Shown in pieces: positions 13,366-27,879 of a DNA stretch of 64,000 nucleotides. Position 1 is the stretch's first letter. Every line of letters begins with the position of its first letter. The notes below the pieces were generated by a model. That model made no database searches. It saw only the letters and a list, made by a program, of their open reading frames with translations, and was not told the DNA's origin. The DNA is from the human T2T-CHM13v2.0 reference genome, Homo sapiens, in the NCBI RefSeq assembly GCF_009914755.1, contig NC_060936.1; one strand, given 5' to 3'. Both the position numbers and the translations under genes were made by a program.

Positions 13366-14663
13366 TTTTTTTTCTTCAACTTTTAAGTTCTGGCGTACAT
13401 GGGCAGGATATGCAGGTTTGTTACATGGGTCAACATATGCCATAGTGATTTGCTGCACAGATCAACTCATCGCCTAGATATTAAGCCCACCATCCATTAG
13501 CTATTCTTCCTGATTCTCTCCCTCCCCTAACTCCCACTGACAGGCCCTAGTGTGTGTTGTTCCCCACCATGTGCCCACGTGTTCTCATCGTTCTACTCCC
13601 ACTTATAAGTGAGAAGAAGTGGTGTTTGGTTTTCTCTTCCTGTGTTAGTTTGCTGAGGATAATGGCTTCCAGCTCCATCCATGTCCCTCCAAAGGACATG
13701 ACCTCATTCCTTTTTATAGCTGCATAGTATTCCATGGTGTATATGTACCACATTTTCTTTATCCAGTTTATCATTGGCATTTGGGTTGATTTCATGTCTT
13801 TGCTATTGTGACTAGTGCTGCAGTGAACATAATGCATGCAGGTATCTTTATAATAGAATTATTTATATTCCTTTGGGTATATACCCAGTAATGGGATTAC
13901 TGGGTCAATTTCTGCTTCCAGATCTTTGAGGAATCATCACACTGTCTTCCACATTGGTTGAACTAATTTACTCTCCCACCAACAGTGTAAAAGCATTCCT
14001 TTTTCTCTGAAACCTCTGCAGCACCTGTTATTTCTTGACTTTAATAATCACCATTCTGACTGCTGTGAGATGGTATCTCATTGTGGTTTTGATGTTACCC
14101 TTTTTTTTATATGTTTGTTGGCTGCATGACTGTCTTCTTGTAAGTGTCTATTCATATCCTGTCTATTCATGTCTTTGCCCACTTTTTAATGGGGAAGTTT
14201 GTTTTTTACTTGCGCATTTGTTGAAGTTCCTTGTAGACTCTAGATATTAGACCTTTGTCAAATGGATAGATTCCACAAATGTTCTCCCATTCTGCAGATT
14301 GTCTGTTCACTCTGATGATAGTTTCTTTTGCTATGCTGAAGGTCTTTAATTAGATCCTATTTGTCAACTTTTGCTTTTGTTGCAATTGCTTTTGGAGTTT
14401 TTGTCATAAAATCTTTGCCCTTACCTATGTCTTGAATAATATTGCCCAGATTTTGTTCTAGGGTTTTTATAGTTTTTGGATTTTACTTGTAAGTCTTTAA
14501 TCCATCTTGGGTTAATTTTTGTATAAGGTATAAGGAAGTGGTCCAGTTTTAATTTTCTGTATATGGCTAGTCAGTTCTACCAGCACCATTTATTAATTGT
14601 TTTTTCAGTTTCCCCATTGCTTGTTTTTGTCAGGTTTGTCGAAGATCAGATGGTTGTAGGTGT
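13366..14663 (-). mobile_element. 5'-truncated L1PA (older primate subfamily), ORF2 3' end + 3' UTR
   Basis: Poly-T then the antisense L1 3' UTR; ORF 13547..13837 contains the L1 ORF2p C-terminal motif WIKKMWYIYTMEYYAAIK. Confidence 0.95.
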
Positions 14664-15214
14664 TTTTCACTAACATAATCATAACATACATTTCATTGAA
14701 AACAACACGACTCAAAATGTTCTTTAGTAACCAGTTATAAGTTTTTTTGTGCATAATTACAAACTGCCATTCTAATCATAAACATTTTGTGGTTACTTAT
14801 AGCTAGAAAATGTGAGTAATATAGTTTATACAGCATACTCTTTACAATCCCGATTTCTTTGTCAAACTTTAATTCATATTAAATTGATAAAGTATACACA
14901 AAGGGTAAAGGAGAGTAATTTTCTTCAAGTTTCACATTTAAGGATTCATAGTAGAATGATTAAACCTTACATTTCTCCACTATAAGGAGAATTAAAATGG
15001 AAATATTGAGTAAAATCTTACATTTCATTTAGTAAGTGCTAATAAAGGGTTTCTGCCATAATTTTCCTTATTTTAAAAGAAAACACACAATTTTAGTTTT
15101 AGGTTTTAGTAACCAATTTTATGGGCATAGTGGGAATATTTCTAACAGGTTAAACTGAAGTGACCATCATGGGCATATATATATATTTTAAATTCACATA
15201 TATGAATACTATAC

Positions 15215-15590
15215 AGTAAAAACTAACTTATGCTACATACCACATGGATGAATCTCAAAACCCATGTAAAGCAAAAGAAAACCACAAAAGAATCATGCCA
15301 TTTGATTACACTTGGGTGGTTTTTAAAACAGGCATATCTAAACATAGTGCTTTAAAGTGTAAGCTTGGGTAGGAAAAACTATAAAGAAAAGCAAGAAAAT
15401 AATTACCACAGAAGTTATGTAGAGGTTATCTTTGGGGAAGGAAGAGGGAATAATAAGAGAGGGACAAAGAAGAGCTTCTTGGTTCTTGAAATGTCCTATT
15501 TCTTGACTTGGCTGGTGAATGCATGAATGTTCACTATGTGATAAGTCAGGGGGCTGTTTTCATTTTGTTCACTTTTATATATGTGTGGAT
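15215..15590 (+). mobile_element. L1ME-like 3' fragment
   Basis: acatggatgaatctcaaaa...gaggttatctttgggg...aatgtcctatttcttgacttggctggtg; highly diverged. Confidence 0.55.
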
Positions 15591-15614
15591 TTTTCCACAG
15601 TTGAAAAGGTAAAG

Positions 15615-15930
15615 TTCAGGTGTGGTGGCTCACACCTATAATCCCAGCCAACACTTTGCGGGGCCAAGGTGGGAAGAATTACTTGAGGCTAGGAGTTGGA
15701 GAGTAACCCAGGCAACAGGGTGAGGCACTGTCTCTACAGAAAATGAAAAAAAAAAAAAAAAAGTAGCTGGGCATGTTGGTACATGCCTATAGTTCTTGCT
15801 ACTTGGGAGGCTGAGGCAAGAGGATCACTTTAGCCCAGGAGTTTAAGCCTGCAGTGAACTAGGGTTGTGGCACTGCACTCCAGCCTGGGTGGCAGCAAGA
15901 CACTGAGTAAAAGAATAAAATAAATAATTA
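15615..15930 (+). mobile_element. AluJ
   Basis: Diverged dimeric Alu with J-type right arm (gaggatcactttagcccaggagtttaagcctgcagtga). Confidence 0.9.
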
Positions 15931-17552
15931 AAAGTTAAAATATAGGAAAAAATGAGCATAGCCTTATGCTAATTTTTCAGTTACTAGGTCTGATATCATC
16001 ACATTCCTTGCTTGTCATTGAAAATTTTTTAAACTATGATACTTTTTTTTAGTGGTATTTATCCAATTAAATCTGCTAACAAATTTGGTGTATAAATCTC
16101 AAGGGTAAGGGTATGTGGAGAGTGGGTGTGTTTGTGTGAGAGAGAGAGAGAGAAGAGGGGGAGGAGAAAAAGAAGGAAGAGGGAAGGAATGGAAAAAGAT
16201 AATAAAGAGTTGTTCTGATAGATTAATCTTTAGTAGATGTATTCCCTACAAATTGTTTTTCTCCATATTGCAGTGTCAGGTAAAGAAAGGCATCCCAGGA
16301 TGAATTCAGAGCTAGGAACATGCACCTTTGTATCATAATGCTAATGGAAGGAACATGTACATTCTAACTGTTACCAATAATGGAATATATTTCCGTTATT
16401 AAGTAATAAGCTTTAATTCTTTGTATTTTTGTGATCCATTTGATAGTAGGTGCCTCAGCATTTCCACTCTGCTATAAGTACATGGAGATATATTTTATTT
16501 AAGTCATCTTATTCATGTCTTTCAAAAAGAAATTCATTTTTGGCCAAGGATTTCCAAATTTTGCCCCATATATAGGTATAGTTTATTATAGACTTCGTTT
16601 GCAAAATATTAAATCCTTATATCCTTTTAGGGACACAATAAAATTTTATAAGTTTGAGATAATGTACTTGCAGTTCTACCTCAGGCCGTGGTGAGAGATT
16701 GAAGTGCCTCTTCATTTTAACATTTTGGGTTCAAGTTGTTGCATAAGGGCATGCAAATGGAAACTGGCCTATTTTTGAGCTTTAATAAAATCGTCAAATA
16801 CTTCTTAATCTTAAGAGTTATAGTTATGTACTACAATATGTATAATTCTCTAATATTTAAAACAAAACCTGAAAGCCACAAAAGCTTACTGTGAAATAAA
16901 ATGTGATGGAATATTATTTCTAACTGGCTTACCTGTATTTCCTTCATTGAAGGGAATATGAAGTAGAAAAGCCCTTTTATTGAAAAGAGTTTGGAAAGTA
17001 AAGATAACTCTTTTCAATTCAATTCTTTGTAAGTAGAAAAAGAGTAAAGATAATGTTTAGCTGTCAGCAGATGTCTGACACTTGATGGAGCGTATCATTA
17101 CAATAGAGCAGCTAACAATATCTGCAAAGGTCATCATGAAAGTATAAAAATGAGGAATATTTGTCCATTGACCATTTCAGTGACCTCTTTTTGGGCTTTA
17201 AGTCTAAAAATCTTGGCAGATCAGAACTTTATATTCGGCATTTTGAGTGTCAAATCTCTACATGATGTGCAAGTCAGAAGGAGTTATTACTTGCAAAATA
17301 CCATCTTCTTTCAGAAGTTAAACTCACATTAAATGCCAGGAGACTGAAACACTGATTTTAAGAAGACAAAGTTTAGAAAAGATGAATGAAAATGTGTGTT
17401 AAAGAAGAGTCACCAGTCAGAGCTAACTATGATAGTCATAGTATTTAAAGAGTTGGAACACATGAAATTAAGCATTTTGTAAAATGAAGGCTTTTCATCC
17501 ATCCACATAAGATTCTGACATTTAAACTATGTTTCTTCCATTCTGTTCACAG

Positions 17553-17636
17553 GCTCACCTTGTAGCAGCTTTTGAAAAGAGCTTAGGGAATATGACTGGC
17601 CGATTGCAAAGTCTAACTATGACAGCGGAACAAAAG
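17553..17636 (+). CDS. NAV3: NAV3 coding exon, 84 nt (AHLVAAFEKSLGNMTGRLQSLTMTAEQK)
   Basis: ttcacag acceptor, AAG|gtatgt donor, phase 0/0; not in the ORF track but continues the coiled coil. Confidence 0.97.
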
Positions 17637-17731
17637 GTATGTTCAGAAATTGCCACTGGAGACTGAAAGAAGACAGCAAATTGCATAGGATTCTTAAATA
17701 ATACCTGAAGCTCCTTAAAAATAATATTCCA

Positions 17732-18047
<316 letters not shown>

Positions 18048-18727
18048 CTAAATTAAAACAATGATAATACCTTTCTTTTCAGATTTTAATTTAAAGATTT
18101 TATCAGTTTACTCCATATTGGAACACACAAAGGCAAACAAAATCCTTGCTGGGCAGTCTATTAATTTACTTCTGGATGGAACTAGTAAAAGAATACTGAA
18201 TGTTAAGAAAGAGAAACAGTCACATAAGAGAATATTCTGGGGGCAAACTGTTATGCAGTTGACAAGAATCACACTTTGATAAGAACTTTCACAAATACAT
18301 GGTCACTAAATCCAGCTATAGGGCATGGCTGTAGGCTAAGACACACAGGAAGGATGCCTGGGACTCTGCCAAGTAAGGGACTTCAGGTTACAGCAGCTAT
18401 GAAACAAAGGCCAATCCTGTGTAATTTTGAAATAACAAGAACTAGTTGCCATCTAGGGATATCACCTTTGAAGAAAAGTCATTTGTTATATCAAAATACT
18501 TAAAATGAACCTAAAGGATTTTATGGTATGAAAGAAGGTATACCAAAAAGAAAGGAACGGAGAATTTAGTTCACGAAGACAAATGTATTAAAAAGGTCCA
18601 TACTGCATAGAAAGCCTGGTCACCTTTCCTGTGATGACCAGTTAGCTTACTTCTCTGCTGTTAGTCCAGTGGCCTTAACTTCCTTGGATAGGTATCAGAG
18701 ATAGGTGAAACCTATAGAATTCTATGG

Positions 18728-18775
18728 AGTGTGTGTGTGTGTGTGTGTGCGTGCGTGTGTGTGTGTGTGTGTGTA
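18728..18775. repeat. (TG)n microsatellite
   Basis: Seen directly. Confidence 0.95.
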
Positions 18776-19184
18776 TGAAAACTGTAAATGTGCATAAATG
18801 ATCAGGTGTCCAGAGCTTTCATCTAATTCTCAAAGAGACCCATTATATCAAAAGTTTTGGGTATTTTCAAGAATGCGTTCCTCTATCTATCCATAGGAAT
18901 GGCTTCAGTTTTGTCTTTAGATTCTGTAAGTTATGTGATTAGCTTTACAAAAGTAGTATGTATTACCAAATTTTGTCACTTTACAAAAGTTTATTTTTAA
19001 AACAGAATGAATAGTTCAATGAAATCAAAAGAGTAAATCGAATATTCTTATAATTGCCAAGTATTATTAGCACATTGTATTCTCTCTCATATTCTCCGTA
19101 TACCCTGCCCGTGAGAGAGAATATTATCCATTCCTGGAAAATCTGTTCTAGCACAGCTAACAAACTCCTTTTGAAACATAAATT

Positions 19185-19335
19185 TTCCTTTCTTTCCTCC
19201 CTCCCTCCCTCCTTCCCTCCCTTCCTTCCTTTTTCCTTTTCTTTCCTTCCTTCCTGCCTCTTTTCTATCCTTCCTTTCTCCTCCCTTACACCCTTTCTTC
19301 CTTCTTTTCCCCCTCTGTCTCCCTCTCTTTCTTTT
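19185..19335. repeat. CT-rich (TTCC/CCCT) low-complexity tract
   Basis: Seen directly; source of two spurious ORFs. Confidence 0.9.
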
Positions 19336-19454
19336 TTGCTGCAGCTTGTCACTTCACTATGTAATATAAGAACCCAGCAAATAGAATTAGAAGGCTTTTT
19401 AGAGCAGCTGACGGGAAAGAATAAAAACACTGGGCCCCAGTATTCTTGAATGAG

Positions 19455-19592
19455 AATTCTGGCTATGTCTGTTAAAAGCTGGGTAATCTTGAGCAAGTTT
19501 ATCTAACCTTTCTTGAACCTCAAATTCACCTTCTTAAAAGTGGGGATGATAATGACTACCTTGTAGGATCACCATGAGGAGTAAATCAGATA
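19455..19592 (+). mobile_element. MIR core
   Basis: tcttgagcaagtttatctaacctttcttgaacctca...aaaagtggggatgataatgactacc matches the MIR core. Confidence 0.75.
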
Positions 19593-20931
19593 CTGTTATC
19601 ATGTCACATGCTAGGGGCTACCAAAAAATATTACCTTCCTTTACATTTCTCTTTTTCCCTTGAAAATTATAAGATAACACCAAATTCCTCACTGGGCATA
19701 TACCAAGCATATTGTTGGAAATGAGTGTTAGAATTTAAGTCTCAATATCTTTAATAAGTCAAAATTAATAGAATTTTTGTCCTCCACCCAATATTTTCTT
19801 GAACTCTGTTATATCTGTAAGTGAATTTTCTCATAGAAACATACAGAGAATTTTCTCATATACATATAGAAAAAAATGTAGAGGTATGTTAATGTATAAT
19901 GCCTATGATTAATGCCTGAATATTTAAAAATAATTTCTATAACATAAGAGATTTTATAATGTGTCTACATTATCCTTAAAATAACATTGCCAAAATTATA
20001 AAATTTTCTCAGAAGATATCAGAATGTCTCATATTGTCCTTATCACTTTTTTAACTGAAAATAAAATCACTTCTTTTTGAATTGCAAACTGTATACACAC
20101 AACAATCATGGTTAACTAGTTTATTAATTTGAGATTATAACTTGCCTATTCTCAAAGTGATATTTAAAAGCCTATAAAATTATTTGCAATGTGAAATGGT
20201 ATAATTCAAAGACAGAATCTAATTAAAACCAGTAGAATAATGTATATAACAATATACCTCAGCCTAGATAATTACTACTGCAAGGCACTGAAATGAATTG
20301 AATTTCAAGGAAGCTATGGTACAAAGGGAGATTGTTAGGTGTGTTTTATTCTCATTTTCTGACCAGGAGAGCATAATTTAGACTGAGGAGAAAACTCTTT
20401 GGCACTAAATTCAAGGACGAATTTATTGCCAAGGTTTTTAAATTGGGGTCATGGAATAACAAAAGACAAAATCACTGTTCAAATAGACATTTCTCTAAAA
20501 GCTAAGGGCATAACATTTAATCATATTTCACTAAAGGCATTTCTTCAGGGAGCTGAGATAAAAGGGTATATTGCTCTCTGGTGATTCAACAATCCTGAGA
20601 AAAGGCTTGTGAAGTATAGAGCAGAGATTCTTAAACTCCCTTCCCCAAGTTATAAGTTTCATTTGTCTATTTAGTCATTCATCAAGTTTATATTGAATTT
20701 GTGCTCTTCTAATGACAAAACAGTACAGACAATATAGATATAGAATGATAGATATAGGTCTATATCTATAGACATACCTATCTACTAGAACTCTAAAAGC
20801 ATATTATACATGTATGTAATATTCCTCATGGAGTTTATATTTCTCATATATATCTCATATATATGTATCTCTTTATCATGGAGTTTATATTTTAGGAGGT
20901 CACAGATGATAATAAAAATATAATTAAAACA

Positions 20932-21282
<351 letters not shown>

Positions 21283-21803
21283 TTACATATTTATAAATAT
21301 GTAATTTATATATATAATATATAATTAAAACATATAGGATTTCAGGTGATGATAAGCACTACTGAAAAAAGTAAAGCTGAGAATGAGGATACTGAGAAGC
21401 TGGTTTGGAAGCTAAAACACAAAGTAACAAAGGCCAAGGTGGTTACATGTTCTTGATTACATACTTTAAAAATGGATAAACTAAATTAAGACTCAGATTC
21501 TAGTCTTTGGGCTTCACAGTGTGATTTTCAGCAATCACATGGCATTAATAGCCTGAAACTACATCAAAATTGTCATTTGATTTATAGACCAAAATAACTC
21601 CCTTGAATAGAGAGGGATTCACTCCTAACACTTTTCCTATTTCCAGATGCCAAATAACACGGAATCTCTTGCCAAATTTGTGTGGCAGAACACTGGTTTT
21701 ATATACTTATAGCCTGGTAAGAAAGAAAAGACATGTATGAATAACTTAGAAGGCAGAAAATTATCATGCTATTAGACTCAGTACAATGTCATGTGCATTC
21801 TCA

Positions 21804-21959
<156 letters not shown>

Positions 21960-24900
21960 TCAATCTGGCAGCATTTTCTGAAAGTTAAGCAGTATTCCCA
22001 ATAGCTGCTAAAAGAAGACATGTTATATAATACTAAGTCTGTAAGTAGGTAAAAATTAAGAGAATTGTTAATGTGCTTGCTGGGGAGTGAAATTATCTCT
22101 AGGCATTACCCTATACCTAACCTAGGACTCAGTAGACTATGATATTGGCGTAGTTTGACCAAGAATTTTATCCTGATTTCAGATCGTTTTCTCTTCACCA
22201 GCACTTCTTCACCAGGATTATATGAAAAAAATTAAACCTGATGCCCTGAGGCATCCATTATATGTGCTGAAATAACTTCTTTTCTCACCATCTAGAATGG
22301 TACTAGCTATGTACCACTCTTGTCAGAATCAAGGAAATTGCTACTCAAATCATTGTGCAGCTTAATTTTCTCACAGAAGGCCAGTTGAGAAAGGCTCAAC
22401 TTCTAGGAATCCAGCAAACTATATTTTTTATAAGTAACATTTTTACAGAACTACTTCTAAATCCTTGTGTTCAAATTTACTAAAGCTATATTCACAGCTA
22501 AATATTTCAGAATTTAAAATTTAAAAGACTTTCAAATTAGTTCCCTGTAGCTGTCATGCCAAGGCAATTAGAACATATGTTAAGGTATGAGGGGTTTTTC
22601 TTGTTAGAAGGTCAGAGCAGGGCAGAGAAGTAGCCCCTTGTATGAGTGATGAAGCTCAGATATTGACTCCTATGCTAACCATAAAGCCTAGTAGTTTGCT
22701 CATTTGTTACCTCTCTGAAACATTTTTTTGGGTGACTACAAAACAGGAATTGAAACCTTCAAAATAAGGGAATTTGAAACCAAATCTTTGAAAATAGATA
22801 ATGCTGCAACTAAAAATTTAGTTGAATAAGATTTTTACATTAACTCTCCCTAATTTACGTTATGATATTTGCCATCTAGAAGTGTTTTTAAAAAATATAT
22901 TGCTGGAGTCAGATGATGCATCCATTAATCTTTGGGGCATAGAATAATGTGAATCTAAAATTTTCAAATTATTTACACTACTGGTATTTGGTCAATGTAA
23001 TTTATTTGAAACTAGATGCAATAGGGATGGCCAGGTTATTTCAGTAGAACAACTAGCAAGACTTCAGATGCATGGTGGAGTGGGGAAAGGAGGACCTGTT
23101 TAAGGAAACTAGAGCTGGGAAGTGTGAGATTAACTTAGTGCCAATGTGAGGACCTAAAAAGCAGATGTGGTGGAAAATTTAAACAGGCTTGCCTAGAAGG
23201 TCAAGTTAGTTGATGACACTTGATGAGATTGTCCCAAGCTTTGGGATTCTCAACAAAGTCTTTGTTAGTGAGAAATTTGGAAAGAGATCAGGTATAGTTA
23301 AGAAACTGGGTTGGAAAGGCCACCAGGAAAGGCGAATATTCTGACACAAAATTTGATCATTTTATTTGGAAGCATTTCAAGCCTGACCTGAACGAATTGT
23401 TTAGCCTCAGATACATGCATAAAACTGTGAAAAGAGACATTGACTCAATTTAGCTTCTTTAACATGAGAAACTTTCGTGGAAAACTAGAACTTTACAAGC
23501 TCAGCTGGTGTTGGGGGCATCATTATCTTGAATAGCTCACTGGAGGAAAATGAAATCTTAGTTTGGTTCTCAGGTTTTAAAATATCTATCATTTTTGAAA
23601 AGTGTGAAGTAACAAAATATGATCTGATTATCTTATTCCTAAAATCCTTTGCAGAATTATCCCAGCCTCAATCTTCTCTTTAGTATTTAATGAGAATAAG
23701 AAACTGGAAATGACTGAATTGGAAGAGTAGACTTTAAATCCATATCTTGATGGCATATACATTTTTCAGTTTTTTTTCTAAATGATTAATGAGGATTCTC
23801 AAAACTTGAGTATCTTCTATGTTTCCCTTCAACATAAAGAAATTGTATGAAAATATTTTAAAAATTTCTAATGATTTTATAGTTAGCTATCTTGGGAATT
23901 CATTTCTAATCATGTACCTCATCCAAACTCCCCACTATGGACAAAAATAAAATAAAAATTATTAGTTGCATCTGAAGGCCACATTACAATTTCTATGCAT
24001 TATAGAAACCTGAGAAAATGTATCTTAAAAAATAAATGTGAACAACTAACCATAATTATGAAGAAGAAAAATGAAAACTAGAAATAAACTATTGAAAAAT
24101 GTCTATGTATCAGTTAAGTTTTTATTTTAAAATTCTTTATGTTTATCTCTATAATACTATTGGGAAAGAGAGAAAGGAAAACCTGACTTTGTTCTCATCC
24201 AAAGGAGGTGATTCCACTGATTTAGCCAAAATAAGACTTCCTGGTTATAATAAATAATAAAGTTTTTGATGTTTTTTATATGGTACCCCACTCACTAGGT
24301 GATCAGACACCCTCCTGCAAAAAAAAAAAAAATACGTATGCAATAAAGTTAAAGTTTTATGTTATTCTTTCAAGGGGAGAAACATCTGTTTAACACAGAC
24401 CAGAATATTTCAACAAAGTCATCCCAATATTTATGGAGATCATAAATCAAGCGAAAAAATATATTCATCAACAACTAAACAAACTACATTAAATAGTCTC
24501 AAAGCACATTTTCACTTTTTTTCTGACAGGAAAACAGGTTTCACAAGTGTGGAGACATTTTACCATGGCTTTTAACAGTGAGGAAGGATGTTTAAATAAA
24601 GGGAAAAATTATATGGAAAGCTCAGAGAAAAGAGATGGGTGTGGCTTGAGTGACAAGGTGAGAGCAGATCTCATTAACTGAAATGAGAGAGAAGGAAGGA
24701 ATTTTGCAAATATGGAAAGATAACTAGTGCAAGTTTGAACAGATTATGTCAATCAATGTAGAATTTGGCTATCTTTTTAATCAAAGAAGACTATGGAATA
24801 TTTTATAGGTGTTTGCTTATACTCAAAGTTTTAAAGAAATAACAGTATGAATTTGGTTGAACTAATTTTTTTCATAGATAGGATTCTCCCAAGTTATATA

Positions 24901-26041
24901 GCATATATATTTCTTAACTAGTTATTCTTCCTTTTACATATATTGTGCCACATTGAGTAACAACTAACCTGCTAATAGCTATTGGTTTTTAAAAGATAAT
25001 TAATATTAGAAAGTGATCATTTTTCTGTTTCATATTAAACATGATATTCTGAAAAAGCAACATTGCCTGAATGTTCTACATTTTATCTTTTTGAAAACAG
25101 GTTTTATAAGAGATTTCTTGTGAAAAGCTGAACGTTCTGACACTGAAATAAGTCAGCTAACTCAAAGCTAAGCTTAATTTTTTGACACTGTTGGCATGAG
25201 GTCTCATTCCCAATTTTTTCATTTAAAGCCACAGGCAAATGTTTTAACAGATTTTAATCCGTAGTACAAGCATTATTGATCTTAAATTTAAGGATAAAAA
25301 CCTGATTTTAATTAGAATTTAATATGCATTCTAGTATTTACGTTGTATAATTAATATTTACATTCCATGATTCCACTATGTACCATTTATTTCTTTTTGA
25401 ATAAATTTCCAGTAGGAGCAGAATAAATTTTCAGTGAATATTTTATTTCTTGGGGGATATTTTTAAATGGAAAATATATTAAGTTTCGGTAAAATCTGTT
25501 GCTAATTTGGCAGTGGACAGAATATAAAAATTGGAGAGACTGAGTCATTATGATGAATTGGGTCTGACTTTTGTCATGACACTGGAAATTTCCCACAAAT
25601 ATTATATTCTTCTTTTATAATAAATATAGTCGAAATGAATTGCAGTCAAGTATTTGAAGACCCATCTATAAATTTAGGCGGTTACTGTTGATTTTTCATT
25701 ATGAGAGATTCTTCCACTCATAAGCTACTAAAAGTACATAAAGAAGGTCTGGTTGTTTGTTTTAAATGTGACTGTTCTCTATCAGGAAAATGTCAGGTAT
25801 CCGATGAAAATAGATATATGAGGTGCCAGGTATCTATTCCAAACTTGGATATCACTTCAATTAGCATCATCTTTTTTTTTTTTTAAAGTGTCTAAGGTTA
25901 GAATAGTCACCAGATATTCCCATGTATGAAGCAATTTTCTGCAAAGGCCGCTGTGGATGATCTTTTTAAAATATATATTCTGGGAGACATTGAGTAAAGA
26001 GAAATTATTTACCAGAGAATGAAGAACCGAGGCCCGATTCT

Positions 26042-26056
26042 TTGGCTTTCTGCCAA
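26042..26056. promoter_or_regulatory. Perfect NFI consensus site TTGGC(N5)GCCAA (motif only)
   Basis: ttggctttctgccaa; function untested. Confidence 0.4.
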
Positions 26057-27109
26057 AGATGCTGAAGGCAGTGATGAATGACAAATACATTACCAAGGAA
26101 TTCTCCCTCTAAGAGGCTGACAAAGATCTGATTTTTAGGATTATATTACCACCAAGAAGATACCCCTTGTCACTGAGCTTCTAATGGAAATATGGTCTAT
26201 ACTGAAACAATTCTCAGTTCTTTTTCTTTCTATCTTTTTTTGAGTTATTTTATCTTCCAAAAATGAGTTATTTCTGATAAAATAATTCACTTAAATAATT
26301 ATGAAAGTTCAAATTTGTGCAAATATTTTTATTGGGACATCTTAAAATTACTCTAAATTCAAAAAGAAAATATATGCTTTATTAAAATTTGATCTGTAAG
26401 CTGCTTTGTTTGTAATTTAACTATTATATAAAAATTGTATAATACATATATTTTATTTACTTTATTCCTGTGTTGCTTTGGCTTGGTGAGACTAGGTCTC
26501 CACATTAGGAGTTTTACTGAATGAAAAAGTATCAGAATGTAACATGACTTTGATATGGCATCAGAATTTAATAAGATGACATTTAATAGGAATTAGGGGT
26601 AAGTTCCAGGTTTTACACTTAAATACAAATAATCAATTTTGCAGGCACAAAATACTTCAAACAAAATCTGAAATCATTCATTTGACAAAACTTCAGGTTT
26701 GCAGTTGACAATAAATACAATACAATGCAACAGTGCAATAGTGATATCTAAATATCTAATGTAATCATAGGTAATATTAGTAAGTGTGTTATCTGAAATG
26801 AGTGGTGTGATATCCTGCTTTACTTTGTACTGGTGAGTTCTGGGTGCCACCTTTGAAAGGAATAAAGACTATTCATATCTCTTTTATAAGACAATAAGAA
26901 AAACAAACAAACAAACAAACAAAAAACCACCTCCTTTACTTTAGCTGAGAAAGAAGTTATTAGGTACAGCTTGACAAGTTCAGCTAAGCATCCAAATCTT
27001 CCAGGAGGTTGTTACTACATAAAATCAAACCTTTTTAATTCAACTATGAGCAGGGAGATTTTATTTTTCTTTCGGGTACTAAAGCTTCCAAACTCTGTTT
27101 ATTCCACAG

Positions 27110-27221
27110 GAATCTGAACTTATAGAACTAAGAGAAACCATTGAAATGCTGAAGGCTCAGAATTCTGCTGCCCAGGCGGCTATTCAGGGAGCACTGAATG
27201 GTCCAGACCATCCTCCCAAAG
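27110..27221 (+). CDS. NAV3: NAV3 coding exon, 112 nt (ESELIELRETIEMLKAQNSAAQAAIQGALNGPDHPPK)
   Basis: ttccacag acceptor, AAG|gtatat donor, phase 0/1. Confidence 0.97.
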
Positions 27222-27879
27222 GTATATTTAGAAATCATTTCATTTCCACCCAATATAATAGGCATCTATTTTATTTATTAATTACAGTAGAACTGCATTT
27301 ACTCAGTGTCACTGTGCATTATTAATACATACTAGTTGTATTAATAGTTGTATTAATACATACTAGTAGTATTAATACATACTACGTTGGTATTAATGTG
27401 ATCAGAATCCTAGAATTTTAGAACAGTGACTTCCATTATCAGATAATTTTTAAACTGATCTTAAGAAATTTGGTTCTATAGTTGTATACACATCTCTCTA
27501 CTTGATTCAGTGGAGATGGAGATGGAGTGGTTGGTTAATACATGCATATCTGACTTCAGGCAAAACAAACCCATTAATGAGTATGATAATCTAGATCTGT
27601 ATTTAAAAATGAAATAGTCAATATGATGATATAGTAAGCAGTGGGCATTGGGAACAACTTTTCCTGGATGGAGGCTATAAAAAGGTACATTTCCTGTAGA
27701 TAATTTTGAAACAATAAAAACAACGGGTGAAAGGTAGCTCTGTTTTAAATTATTCCTATGCTTAAGCAATTCTAAACAATGAAAGGGGTATTTCTGCCAC
27801 TGCCCCTACCCCTGGGTTCACCACTGAAGAAATGCTCATTATTAATATCGTGTCATTTTTTTCCTTTACATTGGTTCTA

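Noticed and set aside
13547-13837. 96-aa ORF resembling a real protein
   Set aside because: Remnant of the L1 ORF2p C-terminus in a truncated, frameshifted L1.
18981-19496. Longest ORFs in the track (171 aa minus, 131 aa plus)
   Set aside because: They run through a CT-rich simple repeat lacking stop codons and into a MIR.
27320-27398. Spaced short repeats suggestive of a CRISPR array
   Set aside because: No unique spacers of regular length, eukaryotic intron, no cas genes.
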